Shown: in pieces, positions 47,576 through 60,855 of the stretch
Position numbering within the stretch: the stretch's first letter is position 1
Layout of the letters: every line of letters starts with the position of its first letter
NCBI GenBank assembly: GCA_030295235.1
Contig: AP026130.1
Coordinates: 1,178,001-1,242,000, forward strand
Source of the DNA: Fistulifera solaris
Taxonomy: Eukaryota
Reading direction: 5' to 3'
Length of the DNA stretch: 64,000 nucleotides
Program-made: the position numbers and the translations under genes
Notes under the pieces: model-generated
The model's database searches: none
Seen by the model: only the letters and a program-made list of their open reading frames with translations
Told to the model about the DNA's origin: nothing

Positions 47576-50500
47576 TTAGTTTGACGGTTGCTTTCTCGAA
47601 ATAATATCCGGTACCTGAAAACCGATATAAGTCCACGACCAATGGGAACGGGATTCGATCGCTTTCGTCAAATCAAAATAGGATTTTGGTAATACTTTCT
47701 GACAGGCATCATGAAATGCGACCCTCTTTTGTTGAAATGGAGTTATTAGACGATAAATTGGCCGAAGCAGCACGCTGCTGCGGCAAAGCGAAATCCCGAC
47801 GCAGCACTCTAGTACAACGGGCTACTGTTTGCTTACGGCAGATAAGGCGTCTCACATCGGCAAGTTTTATGTGGGGTAGAAGCTGAATGTCGCATCAAGT
47901 TGAACGTTCTCGATTTTCTGTGACACAGAAGCAAAGAGGCGAATTTTCACAGTAAGTGGCGTCAAATTCACAATGACGACGACATCCTGTACGAGTAGAT
48001 ACGATTCGAATAACCTTGAAAGATACTCCGTAGCTATCTGCTGGTGGGGACAAGACAAAGGAGGCATGCAGTTTCGGTCACATGCAAACATGACTTTTTT
48101 ATGTTATAAGTTATGCGGAAACAAAACAATTCACCACGGCTTAGTCCAACAAGGCTATACATAAAAAGCGAATCAATTCTTGCCAGAAGGAGGCATGTTC
48201 AAGCTTGGATAAGGACGGAAATAACATTGAAACCAGCCTCCACGTTTTCTTTGCCTGCTACTTCAATTTGTTCGGTATCATCAAACGCACCGGATCGTTC
48301 GATACGGCTTTGCGCATCAATGAACACATTCACACATTCGTCATCTCCGGAGGAAGACTTGGTGAACTCGATTTCCGCTTTCCCATTGGCGCTCCTGTCA
48401 GTAATCTCCAGGCGTCTTCAAGTACGAGTGTAGCTGGATTTGGCTTTTAAACTTGGCAATGAGATTGATTTAGCGATTTCCAATTGTCCGTGCACTTGTT
48501 GATTTGATGGCGACATTCGTCCACTCCGGTGGCAAACTCGATGCACTCGATTTCCGCTTTCCGATTGGCGCTCTGTCAGTGTTCTCCAGGCGTGTGCCCA
48601 TAGGAGCAGCTGGATTTGGCCTCTAAACTTCAAATCGACTGTGAGATCGGCTTAGCAATTTCTCCGACTGTCTGGGCACATGTTAATTTGATGGCGACAT
48701 GACTATGCTTCGAGCTTCGAGTGCTTGATGGCATTGAATTTACCAATTGGTCGACTGCTTCAAGAGGAAAATGAGGAAGTTCTCGATCGGCCGGGTTTTG
48801 GGACGATGACAGTATCAGCTCAAGATGCATGGTGACGATTTTCATGCTCTTCGCTATCCGTACAAAAGCCAGTGTTCTGAGATACTGGATGGCAGTCCCC
48901 AGATGCATGATCTCATTGTCAAGCTTTTGTAAGACCGCAATTTGAAGATCAATTTTAATACTCCTTTTGAGATATAGGCCACGACCTTGATCCGAAAACG
49001 GGTTTGCCCACCCTTGTGCGAGGAATCAGGATAGGACCCAGTGATACCTTCCGCAAGTTCGATGTATTGATTGCTGCCATCGATGTTTCAGGTATCAATA
49101 ATCTTTTCCTGCGATCTTTTGACAATTGAATTTTTAGAAAAATTTCAGCTGGGACACGGTCTTGATTGCAACAGTCCAGGGTCGTTTTGATGGGTGGGTG
49201 ATGGAGCTTGAAGACGAAAATCGCATGCTGGATATTTCCGTGACGGACGTGGAGCAGGAATTGACAATTATTTGCTCTACAGTGGACACAAATTTCTCGA
49301 GTCATGGGAGTACCTGGTATTGCAAATCGGGAGATGGCAACCGTGCATTCAAACGATCCAACGAACAGCTAGTAGAGGACAATTTCAAGCAACTGGACGA
49401 CATCTTCCCTCAATCACGCAAATTGGTGTGCGGCTGGAGCTCACTATGTCTTCCCTTCGTCACACAAAATCAATACAGCTTTCCGTATCAAAGAACGGAA
49501 TCAGAGATTCGTCAACTCCGGAAAAAGACTCGGTGCGCTCAATTTCCGCTTTGCCATTGGTGCTCCGGTGTTGTCCGCAGGCGTTCGCCCAAACAGAACA
49601 GCTGGATTTGATAGATGAGCCTGACAATGTGCTTCGTGTAGCGATTTTCCTGGTTGTTCGAGCATTTGGTGATTTTGATGACGACATGGATATGTTTCGA
49701 GAGCTGGTCGACTGCTTTGGGAGGAAAACGAGGACGTTCTCGAGCGATCGGCTTTTTGGACTGTGGCAGTATAAGCGCAAAATGCATTTTGACAGTTCTC
49801 TTACTCTTTGCTATCCACACGCAAGAGGGTGTTTTAAGTGTCTTAATAATGCTCGACGGCAGCTCTGAAGTTGGCTTGCATGATCCCATCATCGAGTATG
49901 TGGAGGACCTTTATTTTAACACATTGAGTACTCCTGTTCGGTACGAAATGTATGACAACAATCCGAAAACAGGTTTGCCGACCCGTGTGCAAGGGCCCAG
50001 CGACTTGGTGATCGCTGCTACCGATGTTTCGGTTATCAAAAGCTTATCCTTCAGCGACCTTCCGACAGTGATAATGCTTTGATAGGGTTAACAATTTGCA
50101 GACGGTCCCGGTTGCAACAGTTTAGTTTCGTTTCGATGGCTGAGGGATGGAGCTATAACGGGAAACGTATGATGGACGTTTCCATTGAGAAAAGCGATGG
50201 ACGTGGAGCAGGTTGACATTTTGCCTTACATTGTGGACACAAAAAATTTCGAGTCACGGGACAATCTGGTAGAGGGCACTTTCATTCAATCTGTTGTCGA
50301 CGAACGAAAATTCAAACGATCCAACGCACAGCTAATAGAGGACAATTTTAAGCAACTGGACGACATCCTTCCTTAATCACGCAAATTGGTGTGCGGTTGG
50401 AGCTCCGTCATCAAACTTGGGCAGAGTTTGTACCGTGAGAAGCCTGGTCAGGACTCTTTCCGCCCAACCAAGCCACTTCTCTCCCGAACTTTTTTCATGG

Positions 50501-51055
50501 TTGGCTCCGTGTTCGTCGCGGATGTTTTGGTAAATTTATGGATTCTAAAAAACTAATGATGTGCGACTACGAGCAAAAGATCAACTTGGATCGAGTTCAT
50601 GCTGACATTCGGGAGAGCTTGAGACAGGATCTTCTTTTCTGCAGAGACGACGCAGATGGCTCAAGGGATAGAAAACGCACCAGGTTAAGGTATTTGAGTT
50701 TGAGCAATTGAGTAGCAAAATGTTGCGGAATTTTGTAAGTATCGATTTGCAAGCTGTCTGTGACGAGGTGGGCAAAGCAAATGCTTTTCGCTTGATAGCT
50801 CAGATGACAAAAGCCCTAACAAGCTCTGTTGATGCGGACGTCGATTTGACGTTTAATTCTTCCTTAAAAGTCTGTATTGCCGGATTCACTTTGTATCAGA
50901 TCAAAACACAGCGCATCTTTTTTACTAAATCAGGCAAAACGATCACCGACGGCTATACGGAAGAGAAGCGAGCCAACATTCTTGAGTTCGCGCTAACGCT
51001 CGGGTCGTCCGAGTTACTGTTCAGCCCAAGCCGATGCATCGGTCAGTCAAAATAA
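47576..51055 (+). pseudogene. Degenerate, internally duplicated coding-like segment of unknown origin
   Basis: About 970-990 bp duplication (48548/49541, 48990/49961, 49348/50311) plus a third short copy at 48370; fragmented related peptides with stops in differing frames. Confidence 0.5.
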
Positions 51056-51348
51056 GTGGCTTCAACTTAGATCTGTAGATGCCATGTTCGAATTAGGGAC
51101 GCAACGAGAATTGAACGACCATTGCGCTGACGCCACATGCTGTGGTTGACCCACCTCCTAGCCCGCCTTAGTTACAAAACCGAGAAAGAATTAGTTGATT
51201 GGTTTATGATCCTAGAGTCGGAAACTAATTATTTTGAATCAGGAAGAGTGCTTAAGTGATGCAATAAAAGAGCAACATATTAAAAAGGCCAAACTGAAAA
51301 GTAGTGATGTATTGTAATGCTGTATATAAAGTGCCGAAATATTCTGCT

Positions 51349-52989
51349 TTAAATGGCGTATTCTTCGCAAAACGCTTTGTAATGCTCTTTGATTTTCTCC
51401 ACACACCGTTGCATCTCTTCTTCTGGTGGCAGGAAAGTTGTGCGGAAGCCAAAGCGTCCCTCCCGTTGACCAAATCCAGATGCCGGAACAACACAGATTC
51501 CGGTAGACTTCAATAATGATACGCAGTAAAGAGCATCCGGTGTTGTACCCGTTTCCTTCGCAACACGAATAGCTCCGGGAGGCATTTCTACACTTGGGAA
51601 GCAGTACATGCTACCTTTTGCCGGTCGACAAGAGAAACCAGGAATAGAATCTAATCCTTGGCTAACAATTGTGGAGCGACGCTTTAACGAATCATAGATA
51701 GCTTTCTTTTCCGCCTCGTGGCTTTCGTAGGATACTTCTCCTTGCGAAGGACCTCGAACCATCAAACTGGTCATAATTTGTCCTGCGACGGTCGCACAGA
51801 GAGATGCCGAAGCCATTTTGTAAAGTTCATCTTGAACCTTCTCATCAATTCCCACCAACTCCATGTAGCCACCACGTCTTCCGCATTCTCCGAAAACACC
51901 TTTCGAAACGGAATGGAACGAAATCAACTCGATTTGATCTAATAGTCCGCATTCATATGCCGCTCGCTTAGCACTGACGAATTCGCCTTCGTAGACATTC
52001 TCTTGATACACTTCGTCCGCCAACAAAACCAGATTGTGTTTGACACAAAAGCGAACAATATCGTGCAAATTCTCTCGACTTAATACTTGACCCGTCGGAT
52101 TTCCCGGATTGATGAGAACAAACGAATTCACATCAATGCCCTCCTCCTGTGCTTGCGCCAAGGCGCGTTCGAGCTCTTCCAGATTCAACGCCCAATCCTT
52201 TTCCTCGTTCATAAAGTATCCCACCCGATGTCCGTTCAGTAGATCAATAGTTGCCGAATAGATTGGATACTGGGGAGTCGGAATCATAACACCGGTATGT
52301 TCATTGGCAATCAATGCCGTCAAAACCATATTGATGGCATTCGATGCGCCGTTTGACAAGAAAATAGCTTCCGGATCCGAAGGAATACCCCCATCTCTTG
52401 CGGCAATGAAATCCGCTACATCCTGTCGAAACGCACGTACTCCCTTGGAATGTGTGTAGGCCCCCGATCCGTGTCCCGACAAGGCGTGACCTTTAATTTC
52501 GCGGGCGCGATCGACCGCATCTTGCGGAAAGAGCTTGAGTACATCGGGATGATCGATTCCGACTTCGTCCGGGAGGTCCACTAGTGCCATGACTTGTCTG
52601 GGCCATTTAAGAGGCATCTGACCGATGGATTGCGGATTGCCAATGTTTGTGTAAACAATGTGATCAAAAGGATATTGCTGAGGATTGGCGGCGAGTTGAT
52701 CGGCAATCTTATCGGCTTCAATCACGACGGGTCCTCGGACGGCGTATTCCATTTTGCGCAATGACTGGGACATGCTATCTATTGTAAGACGTTTTTGTGT
52801 TCATAAACTGTCGATAGACGTAACGCAAGTCAGAATGCATTCGCAAAAAGTTGCAAAATCGAAAGCGATGACAAACTTACGAGATGTTTCAGCGTCGATT
52901 GTTTGCGGTGTTGGGGCGACCGATGCGATACTAGATCTCATCGTCGTCGTCATGATTGTTAAAAGGAGGGTTGTGTAGCGAAATAGCAT
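51349..52989 (-). CDS. Alanine aminotransferase (PLP-dependent class I)
   Basis: MEYAVRG, NIGNPQ, GAYTHSKG, INPGNPTGQ, LADEVYQENVY, SFHSVSKG..GECGRRGGY, VPASGFGQ, FRTTFLP; intron about 52779-52880; start codon uncertain. Confidence 0.95.
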
Positions 52990-53638
52990 AATCTAGTTTT
53001 GAAATGTAGTTGATTCTCAATGAAAATAATGGCTCTCACGATCCGATGGCGAAATTCGACACACGTCAACGAGCGGGTCACTTAAATAAATCAAACTACA
53101 GGCAATTATTCCAAAAGACACGAATCGACTTCAAACTTCTTGCAATTGCAACGACTTGATGAAGAAAGCCGAACGGATAGCAAGTCACAAGTCAATGGGT
53201 CGCAATTCGCAATTATTCGATTAAAAAAAGGTCGCGATCGCGATCTCGGTCTCTTCGAGTTTCGACACCTCACATTCTTCAAGCAGGATCTCTCAGTCAT
53301 TAGCCCTACGTCACAAGTCACAACGGCTTCTATCAACGGCTGGTGCCAGCGAAGCGGTACTCAAACGGCCTTTTCCACGTGTCACACAACTTCGCGTCTG
53401 TCCGGATACCGTGTCCGCATTATTGCGGGGCGCAAAAATCACCGCAACGCGGCGGCCGCATGTGAACGAGACAATGATGAAGAGGAAAAAAGGAGACAGA
53501 TTCATTCGTTTCTTCCTTTCCTGTTAATGCATTTAAAAGTCCTTATCATCTGAAACAGATTTACACGGAAACTATCGCTCAAGAAGTGACTAAATTGCCG
53601 TGCTTTTCCTTACTTTTTACAAAAATACTTTCTTCATC

Positions 53639-54797
53639 ATGGTCGAATTCAACAAAATGTTCGTCATGCTTCCCGTCATGTTTCTGGCGCGGAAGTTAGA
53701 CGCCGAAGATCCCAACATTGTCTTTTATTTGCGCGTGGCGTATGCTTGTATGCAGTTTATCAGTATTCTCGTCGTCATGTATACGTATATTCAAGCATCG
53801 GCCGTCAAGGGCGATCAAATTGTCTATGTGCCGGCGGCTGCGACGGTAAGAATGAGATTGGAGAAAGCCGATGAAGACGAAAGATGCAAAATAACAATCA
53901 TGGATGATCTCACGGACCGTATTTCGCTGCTTTCACTTTTCTTTTCTTTTTGTTCCGTTCCCTCTTTGTCGTCTTTCTCTTTCTGCTGTTTAGCCATTTG
54001 CTGACCCCGGCGCGAAAAAGAAATACACGGAAATTTCGTACGGAGCTCATGTCTATTCGACAGCACGATCGTTAGTCGGTTCTACCTTGTTTGGTATTTG
54101 TATGACCGTCGGGTTGCATTATTATCGTGGAATGGTCATGGGACTCGCCATTCAAGCCGTTATGGCCCCTCTCAATTTGATTGAAAATCCTTTGATCAAG
54201 GCACTCTTTCTCGGAAACGGATTGTCGGCGGAAGGACGTATCTTTGGCGAAAAGACGGTTTCCGAGTTGACCGAGAATGATGAAATCGTCGATGAGCAAG
54301 GAAATGCGGTCGTGCGTCAGGCGGTGCAAACGGAAAGTGCTGCGACGGCCGCTGTTACGACGAAACGAAGCTTGGAAGATATTCTGTTGGATACGTGGGA
54401 CGCTGGCTCAAAAGCGGATCTAGCACCCCTCATGGAGGCACTCAACAAGAAGAACTGCAATTACCAGACCAAGGAAGATAGTTGGACACCGCTCATGATC
54501 TTGGCCGGGTTGGGAGCGAAGGGCACGGCGAGTGCTATTCGACAACTTTTGGACGGTCTAGGCGCAAATCCTGCCATTTGTGATAAAGAAGGATGGAACG
54601 CTTTACATTGGGCTGCCTTTCACGGAAGTATAGAAGGAGCCAAAGAACTTCGAAAAGAAGTCAAGTTGCTATCCGCCAAAGACAAGGAAGGTCTTACACC
54701 ACTGGAGATAGCACGAAAAGAAAACAATGATCTTGTAGCCGATATTTTTGAAGCGGCAGTAGCAACCACCTCTGGGGAGGGAAAGAAAACAAAATAA
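53639..54797 (+). CDS. Pho88/SND3-like membrane protein with C-terminal ankyrin repeats; 2 exons
   Basis: LARKLDAEDPNIVFYLRVAY, LHYYRGMVMGLAIQAVMAPLNLIENPL; WTPLMIL, GWNALHWAAFHG, GLTPLEIA; intron 53846-53993. Confidence 0.8.
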
Positions 54798-55062
54798 GTT
54801 GCTACTTTTGTAAATCTTTTTCTTTATGTTCTTTGTCACTTTCATGTCTGATCATTTGATTGTTTGCTACAATTTGTAATGAAAGCCTTATTATTGAGGT
54901 TCATTGATACGAAGTGACATTCAAAGTATCTCTGTTTCAATGGAAATAACATGTGAAGCAACAGTTGACGACGTCGAATTGATCATCGGTGCCTGATGTC
55001 GGTGAGGAGACAATATTCAACAAAAGCTTGTCGCTAATGAGTTCTTGCGCGGCGCTTTCACA

Positions 55063-55266
55063 TTAGACTTTCTTCGCAGTATCCGCTTGCATTGCCTCGT
55101 CTTTATCAATCTCATTTCGCAACATGCGAGAGACCCTCGCCTCCGCGACTTGTCGGTCCGTAAGAAATGCGACCGCCCCTGGTGAATGTTGCATGTATAC
55201 TTTTCCTGTTTGCGCACCAGAGTGCAGTTCTTGTTGTGAGACTCGTAATTCCGCTAAAGATGGCAT
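55063..55266 (-). CDS. Small protein, possible ASDURF/prefoldin-like
   Basis: 67 aa; KVYMQHSPGAVAFLTDR between two predicted helices resembles the KVYxQ...FLxDR hairpin of ASDURF (from memory). Confidence 0.4.
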   Translation of the reverse strand: MPSLAELRVSQQELHSGAQTGKVYMQHSPGAVAFLTDRQVAEARVSRMLRNEIDKDEAMQADTAKKV

Positions 55267-55957
55267 ATTTGGTCGATGTTTATCAGCTTGATTCCTCGTC
55301 GGAGTAAATGAATGAGGCGACATCGTCGTTTGTGGCCATCGCGGCGGAAGATTTATCGCGATGTCACACGTCTATCGTCTATCGGTCTCGGAAGGCCGGA
55401 TGTCCGATCACGGATGTGACATTGGAACACGGACTGGATATAAGTGGAGGAGAAGCAGTATCATCCCGTTCCGGCGCGCTTCCCTCTCCACGTGGCCTCC
55501 ATCGTGTTTTGAACGTTGCCCGTGATTGAGTCGTGATGTTCTCCGAATAACGGCTGCTCTTTCACTTTATAGTCACAAGGGACTGCACTACACTTCAAGT
55601 AAGAGTGAAATTAAACACACTCGAAATGAAAGTACACGTACGACTGCGGCCAGCGGCCAGCGGCCAGCGGCAAAAAAGGTCTTCTACAGAATGGAACTTG
55701 AAGCGATCTACACTCCGTGTTTGTGTACTCCGGCGATTCTTCCTTGCCAACGAACAATCAAGTCATCACGCGAACTTCGGACGACCGAACGGGAATGCGA
55801 TCGGAAAAAAAAACGGCCGCGCAAAAAGTTTCGCAGCGAGAGAGTTTCACAAAAATCGATCGCGTTCCAAAATTGACGAGACAGCCAATTGTTGTCATAA
55901 TCCATCAGCGGGCTTTTTTTTGTAGACTGTTTACATATTTACGTTATTTATTTCATC

Positions 55958-56751
55958 ATGAACGATCAATCGCAAACTGCAGCAAACACACCCTCGGAGC
56001 CTATTCTCTGCAAAATGGGTTGCGGATTCTTTGTAAGTAGGAGTTATCCAGTGTCGGAAGTACTGCGTGTCTGCGTTGTTGCGTGAGGTGACGGTGTTTG
56101 GCGTTGTTGAGGTAGAACGTTGCTTGTGTTTGATTATTCCCTTATCACGTGCAACCAAACATCGCTGCAAGCACAAGCGTCGACAACGAAAGAAGAAGAA
56201 GGTTGACGAAGCAGCGGGCCGTCATGGTGCGAGACGTCATGCAGAACAGATTACTATAGTGCAGAATGTACTAGTTCTTGTTGGCTTGGTCGGGGAAAGT
56301 CGTTCTCCGAAATTCACCGTTGTTATCCTTTGTTGTGTTTAATTTACGACCGCTGTGATTGAAATATGTATCTAACAGCTACTGTTTTACTTGATATTTG
56401 GAATATTCAGGGTAATGGAGCGACAAATGGATGCTGCTCGAAGTGCTGGCGTGACATGCAGAAAAACCAGGCGCCTCCGTCACCGTGCAAGCCAGTGGAG
56501 CCTGTTGTGGAAGAAGCTCAACCAATGGAAGTAGAAGTTTCTGCACCATCACCCGTTACTGAGACTGCCGCAAAGGAGGACGCTGCTGCTGTTGCCACCC
56601 CCACTAAAAAAGAAGAAAAAAGAAGACGAGTTATAAGAACTTACTGGCTGACATGATGCATGGATCGACTACACGTGACATTGAGAAAGAGAAGGAGTCT
56701 CTTCGGAAAGTCACAGGCGGAGGTATCTTTTCGAAGATCGATAAGATTTAA
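55958..56751 (+). CDS. A20-type zinc-finger protein lacking an AN1 finger; 2 exons, A-run frameshift
   Basis: LCKMGCGFF|GNGATNGCCSKCWRD across intron 56033-56410; C-terminus KKKKTSYKNLLADMM...SKIDKI. Confidence 0.85.
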
Positions 56752-57250
56752 AAGTACTTCCGACGTTATCCGAGAGGATGCCTGCTGTATGCGCAGTTCG
56801 AAAGTAATCATTCCGGTGTTGCCCGCCGCTACTGTACCATGATCTATAACTAAAAAGTTTTCTTATCAAACGCATTCTGATCTAATTACTAACGCTCTTT
56901 GCGTCCGCTTTCCAAATGAGCTTAGTTCATTTCTTGCAACGTGGCTCTGACATGGTGAATTGCTATGATGTTAACGTGGTATCCACGAACGACGCACCTA
57001 AAACCTAATACGCAAATTGCCAAGTAAATGACGTACATGTCTCTCAATAGCAAAAGTTTAACACCCTTTTTCACCTCCTTTCTGTAAAACAGCGTGCTTG
57101 TCACTTCTAGTAGCTTTGCGATACTTAGAATTGTCCATCGTAAACTAGACGGTTTCCACCGCAGGTTCTAACATCCAAGAGTTGGGCACTGCAGTCAGGT
57201 CAAAGTCTGAGTTTAAAACACTAATTTCGACCATTTCGATCAAATCGCTT

Positions 57251-59091
57251 TTGTTTGTGGACAACGTTGGTGCTCTCATTGCTCATTGCTTCGGCGGAGT
57301 TTCAAGTGACTGAAAGTTAGTCGCGATCGCGTACAACCGACACTTTACCATTATAGTGAAAAATTCCAGCCGACGAAAACGGATGCTTTTCGACGCAAAT
57401 AGTTGCGTTTCGAATGAAGATGATAGTTAGTTCATATATTAATTTTCCCATGGCATTTGATTATAGACTTCGCGCCTTTGTTTCTGGACAACTTTGGTGC
57501 TCTCATTGCTCATTGCTTCGGTGGAGTTTCAAGTGACTGAAAGTTAGTCGCGATCGCGTACAACCGACACTTTACCATTATAGTGAAAAATTCCAGCCGA
57601 CGAAAACGGATGCTTTTCGACGCAAATAGTTGCGTTTCGAATGAAGATGATAGTTAGTTCATATATTAAAATTTTCCCATGGCATTTGATTATAGACTTC
57701 GCGCCTTTGTTTCTGGACAACTTTGGTGCTCTCATTGCTCATTGCTTCGGTGGAGTTTCAAGTGACTGAAAGTTAGTCGCGATCGCGTACAACCAACACT
57801 TTACCATTATAGTGAAAAATTCCAGCCGACGAAAACGGATGCTTTTCGACGCAAATAGTTGCGTCTCGAATGAAGATGATAGTTAGTTCATATATTAATT
57901 TTCCCATGGCATTTGATTATAGACTTCGCGCCTTTGTTTCTGGACAACTTTGGTGCTCTCATTGCTCATTGCTTCGGTGGAGTTTCAAGTGACTGAAAGT
58001 TAGTCGCGATCGCGTACAACCGACACTTTACCATTATAGTGAAAAATTCCAGCCGACGAAAACGGATGCTTTTCGACGCAAATAGTTGCGTCTCGAATGA
58101 AGATGATAGTTAGTTCATATATTAATTTTCCCATGGCATTTGATTATAGACTTCGCGCCTTTGTTTCTGGACAACTTTGGTGCTCTCATTGCTCATTGCT
58201 TCGGTGGAGTTTCAAGTGACTGAAAGTTAGTCGCGATCGCGTACAACCGACACTTTACCATTATAGTGAAAAATTCCAGCCGACGAAAACGGATGCTTTT
58301 CGACGCAAATAGTTGCGTTTCGAATGAAGATGATAGTTAGTTCATATATTAAAATTTTCCCATGGCATTTGATTATAGACTTCGCGCCTTTGTTTCTGGA
58401 CAACTTTGGTGCTCTCATTGCTCATTGCTTCGGTGGAGTTTCAAGTGACTGAAAGTTAGTCGCGATCGCGTACAACCGACACTTTACCATTATAGTGAAA
58501 AATTCCAGCCGACGAAAACGGATGCTTTTCGACGCAAATAGTTGCGTTTCGAATGAAGATGATAGTTAGTTCATATATTAATTTTCCCATGGCATTTGAT
58601 TATAGACTTCGCGCCTTTGTTTCTGGACAACTTTGGTGCTCTCATTGCTCATTGCTTCGGTGGAGTTTCAAGTGACTGAAAGTTAGTCGCGATCGCGTAA
58701 ACCGACACTTTACCATTATAGTGAAAAATTCCAGCCGACGAAAACGGATGCTTTTCGACGCAAATAGTTGCGTTTCGAATGAAGATGATAGTTAGTTCAT
58801 GGCATTTGATTATAGACTTCGCGCCTTTGTTTCTGGACAACTTTGGTGCTCTCATTGCTCATTGCTTCGGTGGAGTTTCAAGTGACTGAAAGTTAGTCGC
58901 GATCGCGTACAACCAACACTTTACCATTATAGTGAAAATTGCAGCCGACGAAAACGGATGCTTTTCGACGCAAATAGTTGCGTTTCGAGTTTCGAATGAA
59001 GATGATAGACTAGTCTAGTTAGTTCATATATTGGTTTTTCCATGGTTTTTGATTATAATCTTCGCGCTTTTGTTTGTGGACAACTTTGGTT
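57251..59091. repeat. 227-229 bp tandem satellite, about 8 near-identical copies
   Basis: gctcattgcttcgg at 57281, 57508, 57737, 57964, 58191, 58420, 58647 and about 58857. Confidence 0.98.
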
Positions 59092-59436
59092 GCGTTTCAA
59101 TATTTACTATGGTCGAAAACTTTTTTGTCTAATCTTCCACGACTGCTTTTCAGTCGTGAGCAAAAGATAATCCACGTCATTGCAGCACTCACCCAGAATT
59201 TCTCGGTGATTGAAATAAACAAACTGCTGCATGCGAAATGCGAACATAAAAAATAAAATAATTGATCAAGTGCAAAGCCGAACCATTACCTGGGTAGGAA
59301 AAGAACGCCGAACTGATCATCGCTTTCATTCTAAAGTCCAAGTTCGCTTCGTTTATGGAATAACTGGCCGGGTTGATTTACGTGGGAAAAGTGAAGATTA
59401 TTTAAAAGTTCGCTGGTTTATAGACGATAACAGCCG

Positions 59437-60855
59437 ATGCGACTATTTCCACTGCTTTATTCGTTTCTGCTCGTCTGCATGATCCGTCAAACAATGTCTC
59501 TAGCAGCTTCGAAATCACCCAAGAATATTGTTGTTGTCGGAGGAGGTATTCAAGGTACATCAGTGGCCTTTGCTCTAGCGGAACGAGACTTTAAGGTCAC
59601 CGTTCTTGAAGCCGTTCGACCCGCCTCAGCAGCATCCGGCAAGGGAGGAGGATTTATGGCGCGATCATGGGGCGATGGTGGACCTACTGAGGGATTACAT
59701 CACGTAGCATTCGATCTGTATGAAACATTAGCTCCGAGTCTGGGCTGCACCTCCTATCGCAAGCTTCCTGTGCTGTCGGTCTCCCCCGGCAAATCTCCCT
59801 TGGATTTGGCCACAAAGAAACGCCACGGAGAAATGTTGCCATCGTGGTTGGATGGGAACTTGGGTCGGGTATCGGTCATGGGCAGCGGCGATGATACGGC
59901 GCAGATTACACCCTCCGAGTTTGTTGAGAAAATGTTAGAAAAGCATGCCGGCCGAATTCATGTCGTCAAAGGGACATGCACGGGTGTAACTTGCACGGAG
60001 CAGAATCAAGTGAGCAGCGTCGAGTATAGCGATGAAAACAGCAAGGCATGTTCTTTGATCGCAGACACAGTCATTGTGAGCGCAGGGCCCTGGTCGTGTG
60101 CGGCGGAGGACTGGTTTGACGGTGCACTGAAACTTCCGATGGAAGGCGTCAAGTCTACCAGTATCGTCTGGAAGAAGCCGGAGTCGATCGAGACGGTGGA
60201 TGCGACGGCTCTCTTCTGTGGCGAAGATAGTCGTTTTGGAACTCATTGTAAGTATGCGTCAAGTGTATTGAAATATATTCAAGCATTGTGAAATGCTCAC
60301 TCAATTCCTTTGTCATCTCTTGCAGTGGAAGTGTATCCTCGACCGAATGGCGAGATTTACATTTGTGGTATTGGAGGGTCCGACTATATCTCTACCGAAG
60401 AATTGAAGCAAGGGGCGTTTCGAAATGAATGTAATGCCAAGGATGCGCGAGTCAAGGCTGCGGTAGCGAGCTTTCAAGAGATGTCTTCCACCTACAGGCA
60501 AAATGGAGAATTAGAAAAGCAACAAGCCTGCATGCGACCCTGTCCTCCCGACGCGATGCCCTATATGGGTGCAGTACCTGGATATTCGGGAGCCTACATT
60601 AATGCTGGTCATAACTGCTGGTAAGTCATGTCATGACTATGTCGTGTGTTGCTACTGTTGGTAACTCAATTTGTCGATGGCAGGGGGAATTGCTTGGGCA
60701 CCAGCATGCGGACAAGCCATGGCGGAGTTAATTCTCGACGGTCAGAGCAAATGCGTAGACCTTTCCCTTTTGACCCTGCTAGATTTACACCTGCTGCGCA
60801 ACGGGGTGAACGAGGACGAAAGCGTCAAGGGACAAGTGTCGGAGAGCAATGGTAA
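59437..60855 (+). CDS. FAD-dependent oxidoreductase, DAO family (TDA3-like); 3 exons
   Basis: VVGGGIQG, ASAASGKGGGFMA, SAGPWS, EVYPRPNG, QACMRPCPPD, AGHNCWGIAWAPACG; introns 60248-60325 and 60621-60683; N-terminal signal-like peptide. Confidence 0.9.

Noticed and set aside
57544..58855. Repeated 63-68 aa ORFs, or a 5S/snRNA/tRNA gene array, in the 227-bp satellite
   Set aside because: The ORF is open only in indel variants; no recognisable 5S, Sm-site, cloverleaf or A/B-box signature
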